DNA from: Reclinomonas americana ATCC 50394 | Lineage: Eukaryota | Assembly (NCBI GenBank): GCA_048213135.1 | Contig: PS015014.1 | Coordinates: 219,787 to 283,786, forward strand | Direction: 5' to 3' | Length of the DNA stretch: 64,000 bases | Shown: piece by piece, positions 49,988 to 62,300 of the stretch | How positions within the stretch are numbered: position 1 is the stretch's first letter | Layout of the letters: every line of letters begins with the position of its first letter | Notes under the pieces: model-generated | What the model saw: the letters and a program-made list of their open reading frames with translations, nothing else | Databases searched by the model: none | Told to the model about the DNA's origin: nothing | Made by a program: the position numbers and the translations under genes

Positions 49988-50395
49988 ATGGAAGGCGAGG
50001 GAGCAAGCGTTGTCTCTGGCTCCTCCTCTTCCTCCTCAGCAGAGGCCGCTGTGCGTGTGTTTGTGCGACTGAGGCCGTTCACCACAGAAGAACGAGTTGC
50101 GCGTTCTCTGTTCTCTTATCATCAAAGTGCCTCACTCTCACACTTTGGTCACATGCGCAGACACATCGTGATCCGAGTGAGTACTCATGGGAGGCCATGG
50201 AGAGTCGCCACGTGGTGCCCTCGCGATATGCGCGGGAGCATGTCAAGTGCCCAGCGTTCTCCTTTGGTCAGTCAAACGCACACAGACACACATTGAAGTG
50301 ATGCATGCACGTTGTTATACACGCACACACGCACACACACATACACTGACACCCTTTCCCTCTCTTACGCTTTCTCTCTCTCTCACACAACTCAT

Positions 50396-50427
<32 letters not shown>

Positions 50428-53400
50428 AATCTCAATCTCCACTCAGACTGCGTGTTTCCGCCCTCGGCCACCAACTGGGATGTGTATGAGGCGTGTGGGC
50501 GATCCATTGTCAAGTCGGCAGTCGAGGGCATCAATGGTGTGCAGAGAATGCGCGAGTGTGTGATGCATTCAACGTCTCTCTCGCTCACAGAGACGCCTCT
50601 TTCTCTTTGCAGGGACCATCTTTGCGTATGGGCAAACAGCTGCGGGCAAGACGCACACGATGATGGGTCTGGAGAGCGACTTGGGAGTGATTCCGGTGGC
50701 CATTAATGATGTGTTTCGCCTGGCGGAAGAGGTGCTTACTCCGACGCTGTCGACTGCGTGTGCGTGTGTGGTGTGTGCTCACTGGCGTCTACAGTGTCAC
50801 GATCGCGAGTTCCTCATCCGCTGTGGCTACTTGGAGATCTACAACGAGACGGTGATTGACCTGCTCAATCCCGACGCCACTGTCAACATTCTCGACGGGC
50901 GTGAGAAAGTTACGCGTCGATCCCCTCTTCCCCCCCACAATCCGTTTTCCTCATGGTGTGGGCGTGCAGGGGTCGGTGATTGTGCAGGGTATGACGGAGG
51001 TGCCGGTGTCGTGCACCAACGATGTTCTCCGCGTGTTGAAAAAGGGCTCCGGTTCGTCGTGTGCATGCTGACAAGCTCGCCTTCTTTGCTTATGTCTCCG
51101 CTGCTGCTGCTGTAGATCGACGACACGTGTCGACAACGTTGATGAATGAGCACAGCAGTCGTTCGCATGCCATCTTTCGCATCATCATTGAGAGTCGGGA
51201 GCTGCCGCGTGCCAGCGAGCCGTCGGCGCAGTCGGGAAAACGAGTTCTTCCCAAGCCATCCAGCGGTACTTTTTTCTGATTTTCTGCATGTCGTCGTTCC
51301 CGCCAACGGACACTGACCGCACTCGCGTGCAGCCTTTTATGCGGGTCAGGCCGTGCGTGTGTCGCAACTGGTGAGTTTCATGTTCCGGGAATCTTCTTTT
51401 TTTGGCGCCAGCTGAGTGTGCGCACACCAACAGTATCTGGTCGACTTGGCCGGCAGCGAGCGCACCGGCCAAGTGGCCGAGGAGCAAATGGTGCGGTACG
51501 AGGGAACCAACATCAACAAGAGTCTCCTCACCCTCGGCCGTGTCATCAAACAAGTCGCCAAGAAGACAACGTTGCGAATGCGCGCTCGTTTGAGCACACG
51601 AGCAAGGCACTGACCCGCGTGCGCAGTGCCAGGGGCGGCTCTCATGTACCATACCGAGAAAGCAAGTTGACGCGACTGATGCAACCGGCACTCGGAGGCA
51701 ATTCACGATTATCGATTGTGTGCTGCTTGCATCCGCTAGTGGAGCACGCGGAGAACTCGATCAGGTAGGAGAGTGGAGTGTTGTTGTCGACGGGAAATTC
51801 CGCGCCCAGCTGGCTCACTGGTGTCTCGCGCAGCACCCTTCGCTTTGCCAACAACGCCAAGAATCTCCAAAACAGCGTCCGGGTCAACGAAGTGATGGAT
51901 GACACGGCACTGCTGCGCAAGTACAAGCGCGAGATTGAGGATTTGCGTCGCAAGCTCGGTGCGATTATGGACGGGCAGTCGGCAGCGGTGTGCACAATCT
52001 CTCTCTTGTTCCACATTGGCCGTTATCTCACCATGTGCATTCACAGGATCCTGGGGCAATGGTGGAGCACTCGCAGTCGCTGCCGGCGTTGGATGAATTC
52101 GAACGCGAACGCAAAGTACGTGTGTGTTGACCAGTGTCGGCCCCAACGTGCTTGTCTCATTTGTCGATTCCATGCAGCACGAGGAAGATCGGCAGGCCAT
52201 GCAAGAAAAGCTGGCACTTGAAGCCGGTCGACGAGAACAACTTGAGAAGAAACTGGTGCGCGCGCACGTGTGTTTTTTTGTGTGTGCTCCAAATCTCACT
52301 CTTCGCTTCCCCGGCGCAGGAACGCTTGACACGCCTCTTCCTCAACTCGGCCGTACAAGAGTCCGAGGATACCACCTCGACACTACCACGTCACATATCG
52401 GCGTCGGTGCTTCTGGCCTCCGACGGTCCTCTCTCTGTGCATCACTTGCGACGAGCCAACGGTGGCGGCTCACCTCTGCATCGGCGGCGATCGACCACTG
52501 TCGGCGATGTGAGTGCCGTGCCGGTCACCGTGCGTTATATTGTGGTGGGACGACTCACGTGCTCGTCGTGTCACGCCACGCAGACATCGATGATGGATCA
52601 CTTTTTGCGGCTGGATCCGGGCTCTGGCAGCGACTCGTCGGGCGACGAGTCGAATTCGGGCGAGCCAACCGACTCGTCGCGTGCCTCCGGCAGCCCAGCA
52701 CAGTGGCTCGACCACATGGCCGAGTTGCGCAGTGGTGTGTCGGCGTCGTCGTCGCACTCACAACGGCGCGGCAGTCGGCGCGACTCCAAACGCGTCGATC
52801 ACCTCCTGCAGCACATTCAGTTGCTGAAGCTGCGCGTGGCTGATCTGGAGAACGAAAACGAGAGTCTGGCCATGCGACTCGCCGACCGCGAGCGCACCTC
52901 GTCTCTCATCTCGCTCCACTTGCCGGTGGTGGTGGCCGGTGCGGGCGAGCGCACCGAGCCGTACGTGACGGTGCCGACCAAGGAGGCCGTGTCGCCACAA
53001 AAGCAGGCGCGGCGAGTGACGTTTGAGGATGCCGCCGCTTCGGCTACCGCCGGAGGTACGACGAACTACAACAACAGCAGTCGTGATTGACGTGCGCTGT
53101 CCATGTGCTGAATTAGGTGTGATCGTGCAGGGCGTTTGGTGGGCACCGAGGCCGAGGTCGAGCAACTGGCGCGCGCCCTCTCCGAGCTGCAGGCGAGCCT
53201 GGAGGAGACCACAATCAAGTCGCTCAACACGGCCTCCACTGCCACTAGCGACATTTTCGATTTGATCATTCAGAGCAACGAGCGCATCGACGCCTGCGCG
53301 GAGCGCGTCGAGGAACTCATGCAAGAATACGGGCACCTGCACATTGGCGCCGTCGCGCTGCGCATCATGCGCGAACAGTGCAATTTGCGCTACATCAACA

Positions 53401-53489
53401 ACGAGTGCGCCGTCGCCATCATCCACCCAGTACTGGAGAAGCTGCAAGCCGAGTTGGCGCAAGGTGGCGGAGGTGGGGGAAAAGTGTAG
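49988..53489 (+). CDS. Kinesin-7 (CENP-E-like) motor with a short tail
   Basis: [82 protein letters not shown]; neck [25 protein letters not shown]. Confidence 0.9.
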
Positions 53490-53557
53490 CGGCGACGTTG
53501 CTGTCCTGTGCGCGTGTCCCGGCCGTTAACGCACAGTGATTGAGAGAGAGCGAGAAG

Positions 53558-54746
53558 ATGGCGACAGGCGTACCTCAAAAGGCGGCGAGTGGATCAAAGC
53601 GCGCAGAAGTCAATGTCGTGCAAGACCAGATCTTCCGCGACAGTGTGAAGAAGGAGGTACAGGAAACTGCTGACGAAAGTATCTCACACTCACTCTCACT
53701 CACTCTCTCACTCACTCACACACAGTTGGCCTCCACCAAAGCATGGGAGAGCGACTGGGGATTCCTGCGCAAGGGCGACAAGGTGGAAGTCACACTGGAG
53801 TTCTCGCAGAACCCAAGTACACAGGCACGTGCAGTCATTCTTCCGCACGCAACGTGCGTGAGTGTGAGTGTGAGTGTGTGCTCACTTTCTCCCTCTCTGC
53901 ACTGCAGCAGTCCGTGTACTCAGAGACAGAGAAACGCGGAGTCCGTGTGCTCAAGAAGCTGCAAGACATTGCGGAACCTCCACAACGAGTCGGACAGGTC
54001 GGTTGAGTTCTTCCTCTCTCTCTCCTCTCTCTCTCCTTCCTCTCTCTCTCCTCTCTCTCTCTCTCTCCCATCTCTCTCCCTCCATCATCTCTCTCCCTCT
54101 CTGAGAGCTCACCTTCCCGCATTCTCGCGTGCAGGAGCGATTCGGGTTCTCACAGACAAGCGAGGAAGCACGGAGCAATATGGCGCACAAGTCGAAGCTG
54201 CACCGTGAACCACAACCAGTGCCACACTTGGTCAGTCTGTGTCCCCTTTTCCCCTTGCTGCGCTTGGTCAGTCTCACTCATGCACATGCACATGCACGCA
54301 TGACAGAACCCGAGCCGCAACTACCGCCAAGTCGATTTCTTGGAGACACAACTAGCGGCCACACGAGGGCCGGAGGGTACCGATACCATGCGCACGACGG
54401 TGCAAGTCAAATCACGAGCACTTGGTGTGTGTCTTCGTGCTCTTTCCCCGCGCTTCATCGTGGCGCGGCCCTCGCTCATTTCTTGCAGACGAGGTACCGA
54501 CACCTTCCGAGGTCATGGACGCGTTTGCATTCTCCCGCAAGACGCCAGTGGAAAAGTACTCGGCACCACTCACGTCGTTGCGTAGCGCCACCGGTGACAG
54601 TGTGGAATGGTCGTGTCGCTCACGATTGCCGCAGATCGCAAGAGGTTGGATTCCGCACGGCGCAGACCAAGACGCTCGAGTCGTTTGGTGTGGCCAAGTA
54701 CGGACGAAAGAGTTTTGCAGAGCTCAAGTACGGTGGCGCCAAGTAA
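53558..54746 (+). CDS. Ciliary microtubule-inner-protein-like (FAM183/CFAP144 or C2orf50-type motifs)
   Basis: VVQDQIFRDSVKKE|L...WESDWGFL and TPVEKYSAPLTS|SQEVGF. Confidence 0.55.
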
Positions 54747-54843
54747 GCGTGGCCAGGATCCACGCGCGCGCGCAGCAATGCTCATGTGTATAGGAGGGGA
54801 ATGCAAGATCAAATTCAACTGAAACACACACACTCCCTCTCTT

Positions 54844-56282
54844 CTATTCACTGCCTGTTCTCAGCAGCAAGTCATTGACAGCCGCCACGTACTTGTCACT
54901 GTGCTCCCGCAGCAGGTGGTACCGTAGACAGTCGTCAAAGGAGACGCACTCGACCTTGTTGCCATTCTGTTCGCACCACTCGGGAAGGAGCTGCTTCTCC
55001 ACGTACGCAGATGACATGATTGGATCCTTGGTGGAGTGGAGCAGGAGAAGCGGGAATGGTTTCTGCAGAGTGCGGAAACGTACACATGACTCTTGGTTCA
55101 GCAACAGGCTGCAGAAGCGCCAGTAGGGAGTGTATGATAACACACCTTTGCCATGAGCGCCTTGGCCAGCTCGACACCCGGATTCTGTGCAAACAGACGG
55201 AAGGCCAGCTTGGCAGCCGGTCGAGCCCACAAGAACGTCCTACGATGATGCGGGGTGAGCACCGGAGGCACACGTGCAACGACACAAGTTCAGTTGCAGC
55301 TCACCAGAACCAGTGAAAGTATCGCTCACGACCTGTGCGATGAGCATCAGCCATGCTGTGAGAGACCCACCACGTACACGCCGTGCGTACCGAGAAACTG
55401 CGACAGCATGGAGCGCTCGAGATTCTCCACAGACAACTCGGACGGTCCACTGTCAAACACCGCCCCACGAATCATCAGCATTCCATCGTCGCCGTACGCT
55501 CCCTGCACGCGCGCTCCACTGCTCAGGCCTCAACACAGCGCGGCAATCATCACCGCACTCACGCACACCTTTTCGGATTCCAACAGGCGGAGCACGGCCG
55601 AGGCCAACGCTGCGCCGTTCTCACCAAAAGCATGAATCGCACCACACGCCTGTCGCGTGGGAATGTGCTGCGTTTCCCCTCCAGCGAATGAGAAGCCAGC
55701 CATTCCTTCTTCTCATGGGAGCTAGACACTCACCAGCGCCTCTGATCGCGCATCAGCATAGGCCAAAAGCAACGAGGCCAACGCAATGGCGTGATACTTG
55801 AGCATGTGCTCATCCAACCAGTTCGGAACGCACACAGCGCACTCGCGTCCTCGCGATGTGTGCAGCTCCACCACCGACTGCAGCTGTTGCAGTGTGGCTC
55901 CCTGCCAGCCCATCACCAGCACCAGGAACTTTTCACGCACTGTGCCACAACAGTGAGCGAAAGAGAGAGAGAGAGAGAGAGTGATTGCTGCACGTTGACA
56001 CACACCAACATCAGTGTGCGATGTGACGCTGCTGCGAACGAGCCACACTCCATGCGCAGCCTCTTGTGTCTCTGTGAATGATGGCATGCACGATTCAGCT
56101 CCCTCTCACATGCACATTCCTTGCTCGTTTTGCGCATGCACACCTGCTCCGAGGGCTTGCCTTGCATCGGAGAGCATCACTGCTGACGCCAGCGATGCAC
56201 GGGACCGGAAGCGGAAGGCCACATACACCAAAAGTCCAAAGTAAAGCACACCTAGTGCCAGACTCCACACGAGCAGCACCAT
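54844..56282 (-). CDS. TMEM53/DUF829-like alpha/beta-hydrolase-fold protein with N-terminal TM segment
   Basis: FLVLVMGWQGA; HAFGENG; IFDSGP; PLLLLHSTKDPIM; HLLREHSDKY. Confidence 0.7.
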
Positions 56283-56341
56283 CCAACCAATCTGCTGGGA
56301 CAACTCTCAGCTTCGTTCTATGTTCTTCACTTGTCTTTCAT

Positions 56342-59300
56342 TCACCGCTTGGCTGGTCGCTTACGGGCTGTTGCTGGTGCAGGCGCGCTCGAACTACTTC
56401 CACCGCCACTGCTGCTTCCACTGACGCCAACGTCGATCGACAGCAGCGATGGCGGTGCGTCGGCGGCCAGAACTGGCACTCCGTAGCACACGGCTGCCGC
56501 TCCGTTCAGCATACGCAGTCGGCAGGCTTTGCGTGAGAGAGCCACGGCTTCGGCCAGCGTCACCGACGACAACGTCTCGTCGCAGTCGGGGGCGCTGGGC
56601 GCAAGCCAAGTCTGCAGCAAGCGCATGCTGAGGGCGTCAATGTCGCGGTCGGTCACGTCCCACAGGTTGCCGACTGCGGCAGCCGCGCCGCCCAGCAGAT
56701 ACGACAGTGCGGCCCCGGTTGGTTCCACGTCGCCCTTGGTCGGCTGCCGAGAGAAAAAATAAAGAGAGAGAGAGAGACAGCAGGTGAGAGATGCGTGGTC
56801 GGCAGCAGCAAGTCATGGTCACTCCAGCAACCACACCTTCAAGCGTCCACTGGAGCATCCGATCAGCAACGCTGTAGGAGCGCACTGCCATTCGCTCTCA
56901 GGCGCAGCGGAGCCACTACCTTGCTGCTTGCCTTGTTTCCCACGGCTTGCCTTCTTCTTGGTGGTGGACTTGGCGGCGGCACCGAGATCACTGTCGACTG
57001 CACGCGGACGCAGCATTCGTGCCACGCGATCACGCGGCAGGTACCGTTCGCCGGCTCCGTGCCCAAAGTACACCAACAGATCGCGGCCCGGCAGCTGGGT
57101 TTCCACCGTGCTGTCCACCGGTGGTGAACCCGCCACGCCTTGCCACTCCACCGCCCTGCCAAGAAAAAATAAGTGAGGCTGGTTTCGCGAATATGCCAGG
57201 AAACGACGACGACACACACACACACACACGCACCCCTCAAACAACTCGCGGAACTGCTCCTCGGTTGATTCCAGATCGCCGTGCGGATTGAGAATGTAGA
57301 ACGCCTTGCGGGCATCCACCGTGACACACCCATGTTTTCCCAGTGCACCACAGCGCGGCTGTCGCCACCGCAGGAACCACGACGCGTACATCAGTGACGG
57401 AATGCGCGTGACAGGGCATGCGTCCAGAAACGGCATTGATTCTAGCGGAAGTGGCTGCAGTCGACGATCGACCACAATCATCATGTCGTGCCTGTGCGCG
57501 CACGTGTGTTGGTGATGATATTTGTTGAGCTGTGTGTGACAAGTACACGGCCCTCACCTTCGCTGCCTCCTGAGGCATTCCATGGCGGCTTCGTACGACA
57601 ACTGGTGCTTGCACACAGCCGCTGCCATGCCACACACGGCCTCCGCAATTGCTGATTGCAACTGGTCGAGCATTGCATCGTCGTTGGCGGCGGTCGGGAC
57701 GCAGTCGACGAGGAATTGTCGTTGCTCCGTGTCCGAGAGTCGAGGAACAGCGTGGAAAAACAGACGCCAGAGGCCACGCTCTGCACCTCCACTTCTCGAC
57801 TGCGCAGTGTCGTACAACCGACTGGCAGCCGCATCGGCCGCCGATGACAAGCGCGGATCCATCCACGAACCGAGGAGGAACATCTGCGTCGTGACTGCGT
57901 CAGTGACACTGCGTGGTAAGCAGCTGGCTCTCGCGACTCGAAATCCTCACCTTTCGCCAGCCAAACAACTCATCTTGCAGACGAACCAGTAGGCGATCCA
58001 TGCGCTGATCGAGCACTTCACGAGCACTCCACCACGCCTTCTTCTGCATGCTGGTGGTGTCGAGTAGCAGCCGCCGACTCTCACCGACGATGCATTCATG
58101 CTCGGCAAATGCCTCGGCTGTCAGTTCCCGCACGCCGCTCACTCGCTGCACCAGCGGTACTGTTGCTGCCGCGGCGGTGTGGGCCAGCAGCAGAGAGTTT
58201 CGACCTGCATCACACAAAAGAGAACGCTCATGATTGAACACGATCATGAGGGGAAACGCTCAATCAAGACAGCAGTCGCGTACCAGCCGAGAAGGCGAGT
58301 GTGCACACCGACCACGAAGCCGGCATGGCGGCAGTGAATTTACTCAACCACCGCCCGCCCTGTTCCACACCAGCGTGCGGGGACGGTGCAAATTCCAAGT
58401 TTGCGCAACTGTCGTCGCCCGACTCACGGAGCAGGCGAGCAAGATGAACGGCAAAGCCAGCGCCGTAGGACGTGTGGATAAAGTACGCCGCAAGTGGTGA
58501 CTCGTTGCGTCCAGTGAGAAGCGCGCGCTGCAGTTGTAGACGCTGCAGTAACCTCGGCGGCAGTGGCGCCACGTGCTCCAGACATCGCATTGCCATGTCA
58601 ATATGTTGCCGTGCCGTCACCGCCGCCGCACCGACTGACGGAGCTGATGACTGCACGCGACGCGAGCGACCGGCACTCACCACTGGTGTCTTGTCGACGC
58701 TGCCAGTGGATGCTGACCACAGCGCTTCGATTGCCTTTTGCACGTCACTGTCACACATGAGGGACGATGCCAGTTCGCCATGGCACAGTGCTCGTTCCAG
58801 GGGCGGCAGCAGTAGCGAGTCTCCTTGCAGCAAAGCGTAGAGTCGACTCCGTGCCTCCTCATGATCTCCATTGCGACGGAGCAAACGGCACTGGCGCACC
58901 ACTACTTGCGCTCGCAGTGCCGCCACTGACGTTGTCCGCGGCTGTTCTCCTTGCGCCAGTGCAGCACATGGCTCCCCTACTGCAGCATCCACCAGTGACG
59001 CCGACTCCTCCGCAAGTAGATTGCGGCAGGTGGCACGCAGCTTGCCTTGAGAGTTGACGGCTGGACTGCAGAACCAGCTGTGGAGTGTCGACGAAGAGGA
59101 CAAGTGAGTGACGCTGTCAGCAGTTTTGGTTGAGAGGATAGACGTACCCCAGCTGGATTTCTTCGACACTGTCGTCACCACCACGAGCACCGCCTCCAAT
59201 ATGCAAAGAGGCGAGGAGTTGCAGGGCCTCTTCGTAGTGTGTCATGCAGTCGACTCGCTGTTTGTACTTGACGTCGCCGAGTCGCACCTGCATTGCCGAC

Positions 59301-62300
59301 GACACGCAGTGAGGTTCACCTTGCGGCGTAGCTGCAGCGGCAGCGCCACACGTGTCTCTCTCACCTCAAGCAGTGCCTTTTCCAAGACCAGTGCACCTGG
59401 TGGCGTGTGCTGGTCGACGCCTGCGACCATCTGTGTCTCCCAGCAGTCGCGCAGCGTCAAGCAGACTTGGATGCACGTCTCGGCCTCGGTCCACTCGCGA
59501 CGACGCGCTGCATCCTCGGCGAGTGCCAGTGCAAACAGCAGCGAGAACGACAACGACTCGAGGCGTGAAGCGAGATCCAGACCCCGCTTGTAGAACAGTC
59601 GCGGTTCCGTCACGTAGGCTGCGAAGATGATGCTCTTAGTGGAGGGGGATTGTGCACGCCAGTTTTGCGAGTCGACGAACCACACAGCTCATGAAGACAG
59701 CCACACTCGTACAGTGCAGCCAGCACATTGTGCGAAGCTACAAGGTCGACTGAGTGAGAAACAACAAATAATGCCGACAAACGAGAGTGAAGTTGTGTGG
59801 AACACACCCCCTGTCTGCTGACTGGCATGCATGAATCGCAAGGCAGAGAGCGCATGCTGCGTCGCTTCCGCAAAGCGGCCGAGGCAGCGCAGTGCTCGCG
59901 CAGCAGTCAGGTGTGCGGCACCAAGCGTTCCGCTGTCGGAGAAAGAGAGAGTGAGAGAGTGCGAACGTCAGCAAAATAGTACACACGGGGCCATTGAAAC
60001 ACATCACGCACACACCTTGACGCGATGCGGAGCTCGGTGGCACGAGACAGTGAACTGAAGCCGAGTTCCAGATGCTCCTCTGCCGCCTCCCGGTTGCCCA
60101 ACTCCACGGATACTCCAGCGCTGGCCAGTGATGCCACCATCTGATGGTACCCGCAAAGATAAGCGACCGCGATCATGTCTTCAAAGAATCCTTCACGTAC
60201 CTGAGCGAGCAGCGCTGCATGAACGGTTTTTGTGGCACTTGATCGAGCATTCGCATTGAGCTGGCGGGCAATGCTGCGTGTCTTGGCTGCACTTTGTTCT
60301 GCCACTGTCAAATCGCCAACTGCGCACATGGCTGCGTCAGAGAAGAAGCACCACGCGCGCGGGGAGAGCAAGCATATCGCAACTAGAGACGGCGACAGCG
60401 CACATGCGGGCAAGATCGGCGCACTCCTCCAGCTGCTGACTTACTGACGTGGACCGTGCCGCTCTGGCAAGGCGGCGATGCGACACCACAAGACGCAGTG
60501 TTGCCAACTCGGCGGTGAGATCGCCATGCAGCGCAAAGAGGTCGGCGGCAGATTGCAGCACACGTCCACTCCGCTGCACATCAATGGTGCACAAGGCCAG
60601 CGACACGCTGTCGTGTTCACGACGCGCTGGTGAAAGCAACTGGGTTAGCAGTGGGTGCAGCGTGCATTTGTGTCGCACATTAGCGCACCTGCAACATGTC
60701 CCAGCATGCATGTCCAGATCTCCACGGCCTTCTGCAGACACTGCACTGCCGTGCGGCGCGTGTGCTTGTCAGCAGGAGAAGTTGGTACGATCCACCATCG
60801 GCTCGAGCCGCCAGGGGTCCGGCTTGCGGCAGTCCGTCGCGCGCCCTTCTTGCCACTCGTGCTCTTGCCACCGCGACCTCGTGTCACCTCTACAGCGGCA
60901 GCCGCTGTCGCCATCAAACCAGATGCGGCACCTGTGGACTGCTGCTGCTGCTGACCGACTTCTTCACCACCGAGCGAAAGTGCCGCGAAATCTGGGATCA
61001 GGCTGCGACCGAGAAGTGCAAAGTCACTGCAAACACATTACAAGTGAGTGACAATGCAGTGACACGCACTCTCCTTCATGATCCACGCACCTCTCATCGT
61101 CATCATCATCGCGACCAGTGGCATCGACCGTGAGCTCGTCACTCGGTTGTCGGTGACTCATCGTTTGCAGGGCACTCGTCATGCCGCACACGAGCTTGTC
61201 GTGCCCCAACAATTCGTTCCCGAGCATGACGTACGCCGTTGCCAGTTGGTCGAGCAGCTGCGGCAAGGTGGTAAGCTGGAGGGGTCAACCAAGAAGAAGC
61301 GATTGGTGACAGAGTCGCAACTCTGTACAGTCGGCACACATCGTCGGTGAACTCGACATCAGCCAACCCGGCACTCGGTGCAGTTGTGTCGCACAACTCG
61401 TCCGGGCACACGACTGCCAGGCTTTCCGCTGCTGTTTGCGCCACTGTAATGGCCTGTCGTACAACACTGCAGCGGTCTTCGCTGCCGTCGTCCATCAGCA
61501 GCGCTTGCGTCAACTGTGTGTGCACAAACAATGAGAGTGCTGCGCCGTCCAAGCCAATGTCCATACGACGAACCATGAACACCACATGCTCGGTGGGATA
61601 CTCGACACCGTCGCCAAACACCGGAACACTGCTGAGGAAGGCCATCGTCCGATTGCAGTCGTCACGCAGGGTGTCTCGCGTCGCCGGAGCTGACTCCATA
61701 ACATTGAAGTAGGCCAGCACTTCTCGGAGACAGGCGAGACCACCTCCACGCGACACGTCCACATCGTCTATGCTCTCCGCCAGTCGCAGAATCTCAAAGA
61801 GACAGCCCGGATTGCTGTCCTCTGAATCCATTTCGTCGTCTTCCTCCTCCTCCTCCACATCTTCGTCCTCAAGCGGCTGAGCGACGCCCAGGCTCTTGAC
61901 TTTGAGCGAGACGAATGCCTCGACAGATGAACTGGAAATCTCGCCCGTGGTGTGCACGGCCTGCTGCATGGCGGCACAGAGGCACTCCAGTCCGCTCTGC
62001 GAATCGTTGGCCAGCTCAAAACACCGAGCGATGAGCTGCTGGCACTTTTGCGTTCGCGCCGCATTCTCTGTCTCGTCGCCGTACAGTTCGCCAGCTCTGA
62101 GCAACGACGTGAGAAGACCATGAGATAAACTGCAGAAAGAAAGCTCAACTCAACTGCTTGAGAAACTCAATGGCCTCCGCCACCAGTCCATCGTTGAACA
62201 GACATGCTCCAAAGTTGTAAAAATGAATTCCGAGCATGGTGCGGCACGACTGCTGCTCCAGTAACCGGTGCAAGTGCTCGTCGTTGATGACACACCACAG

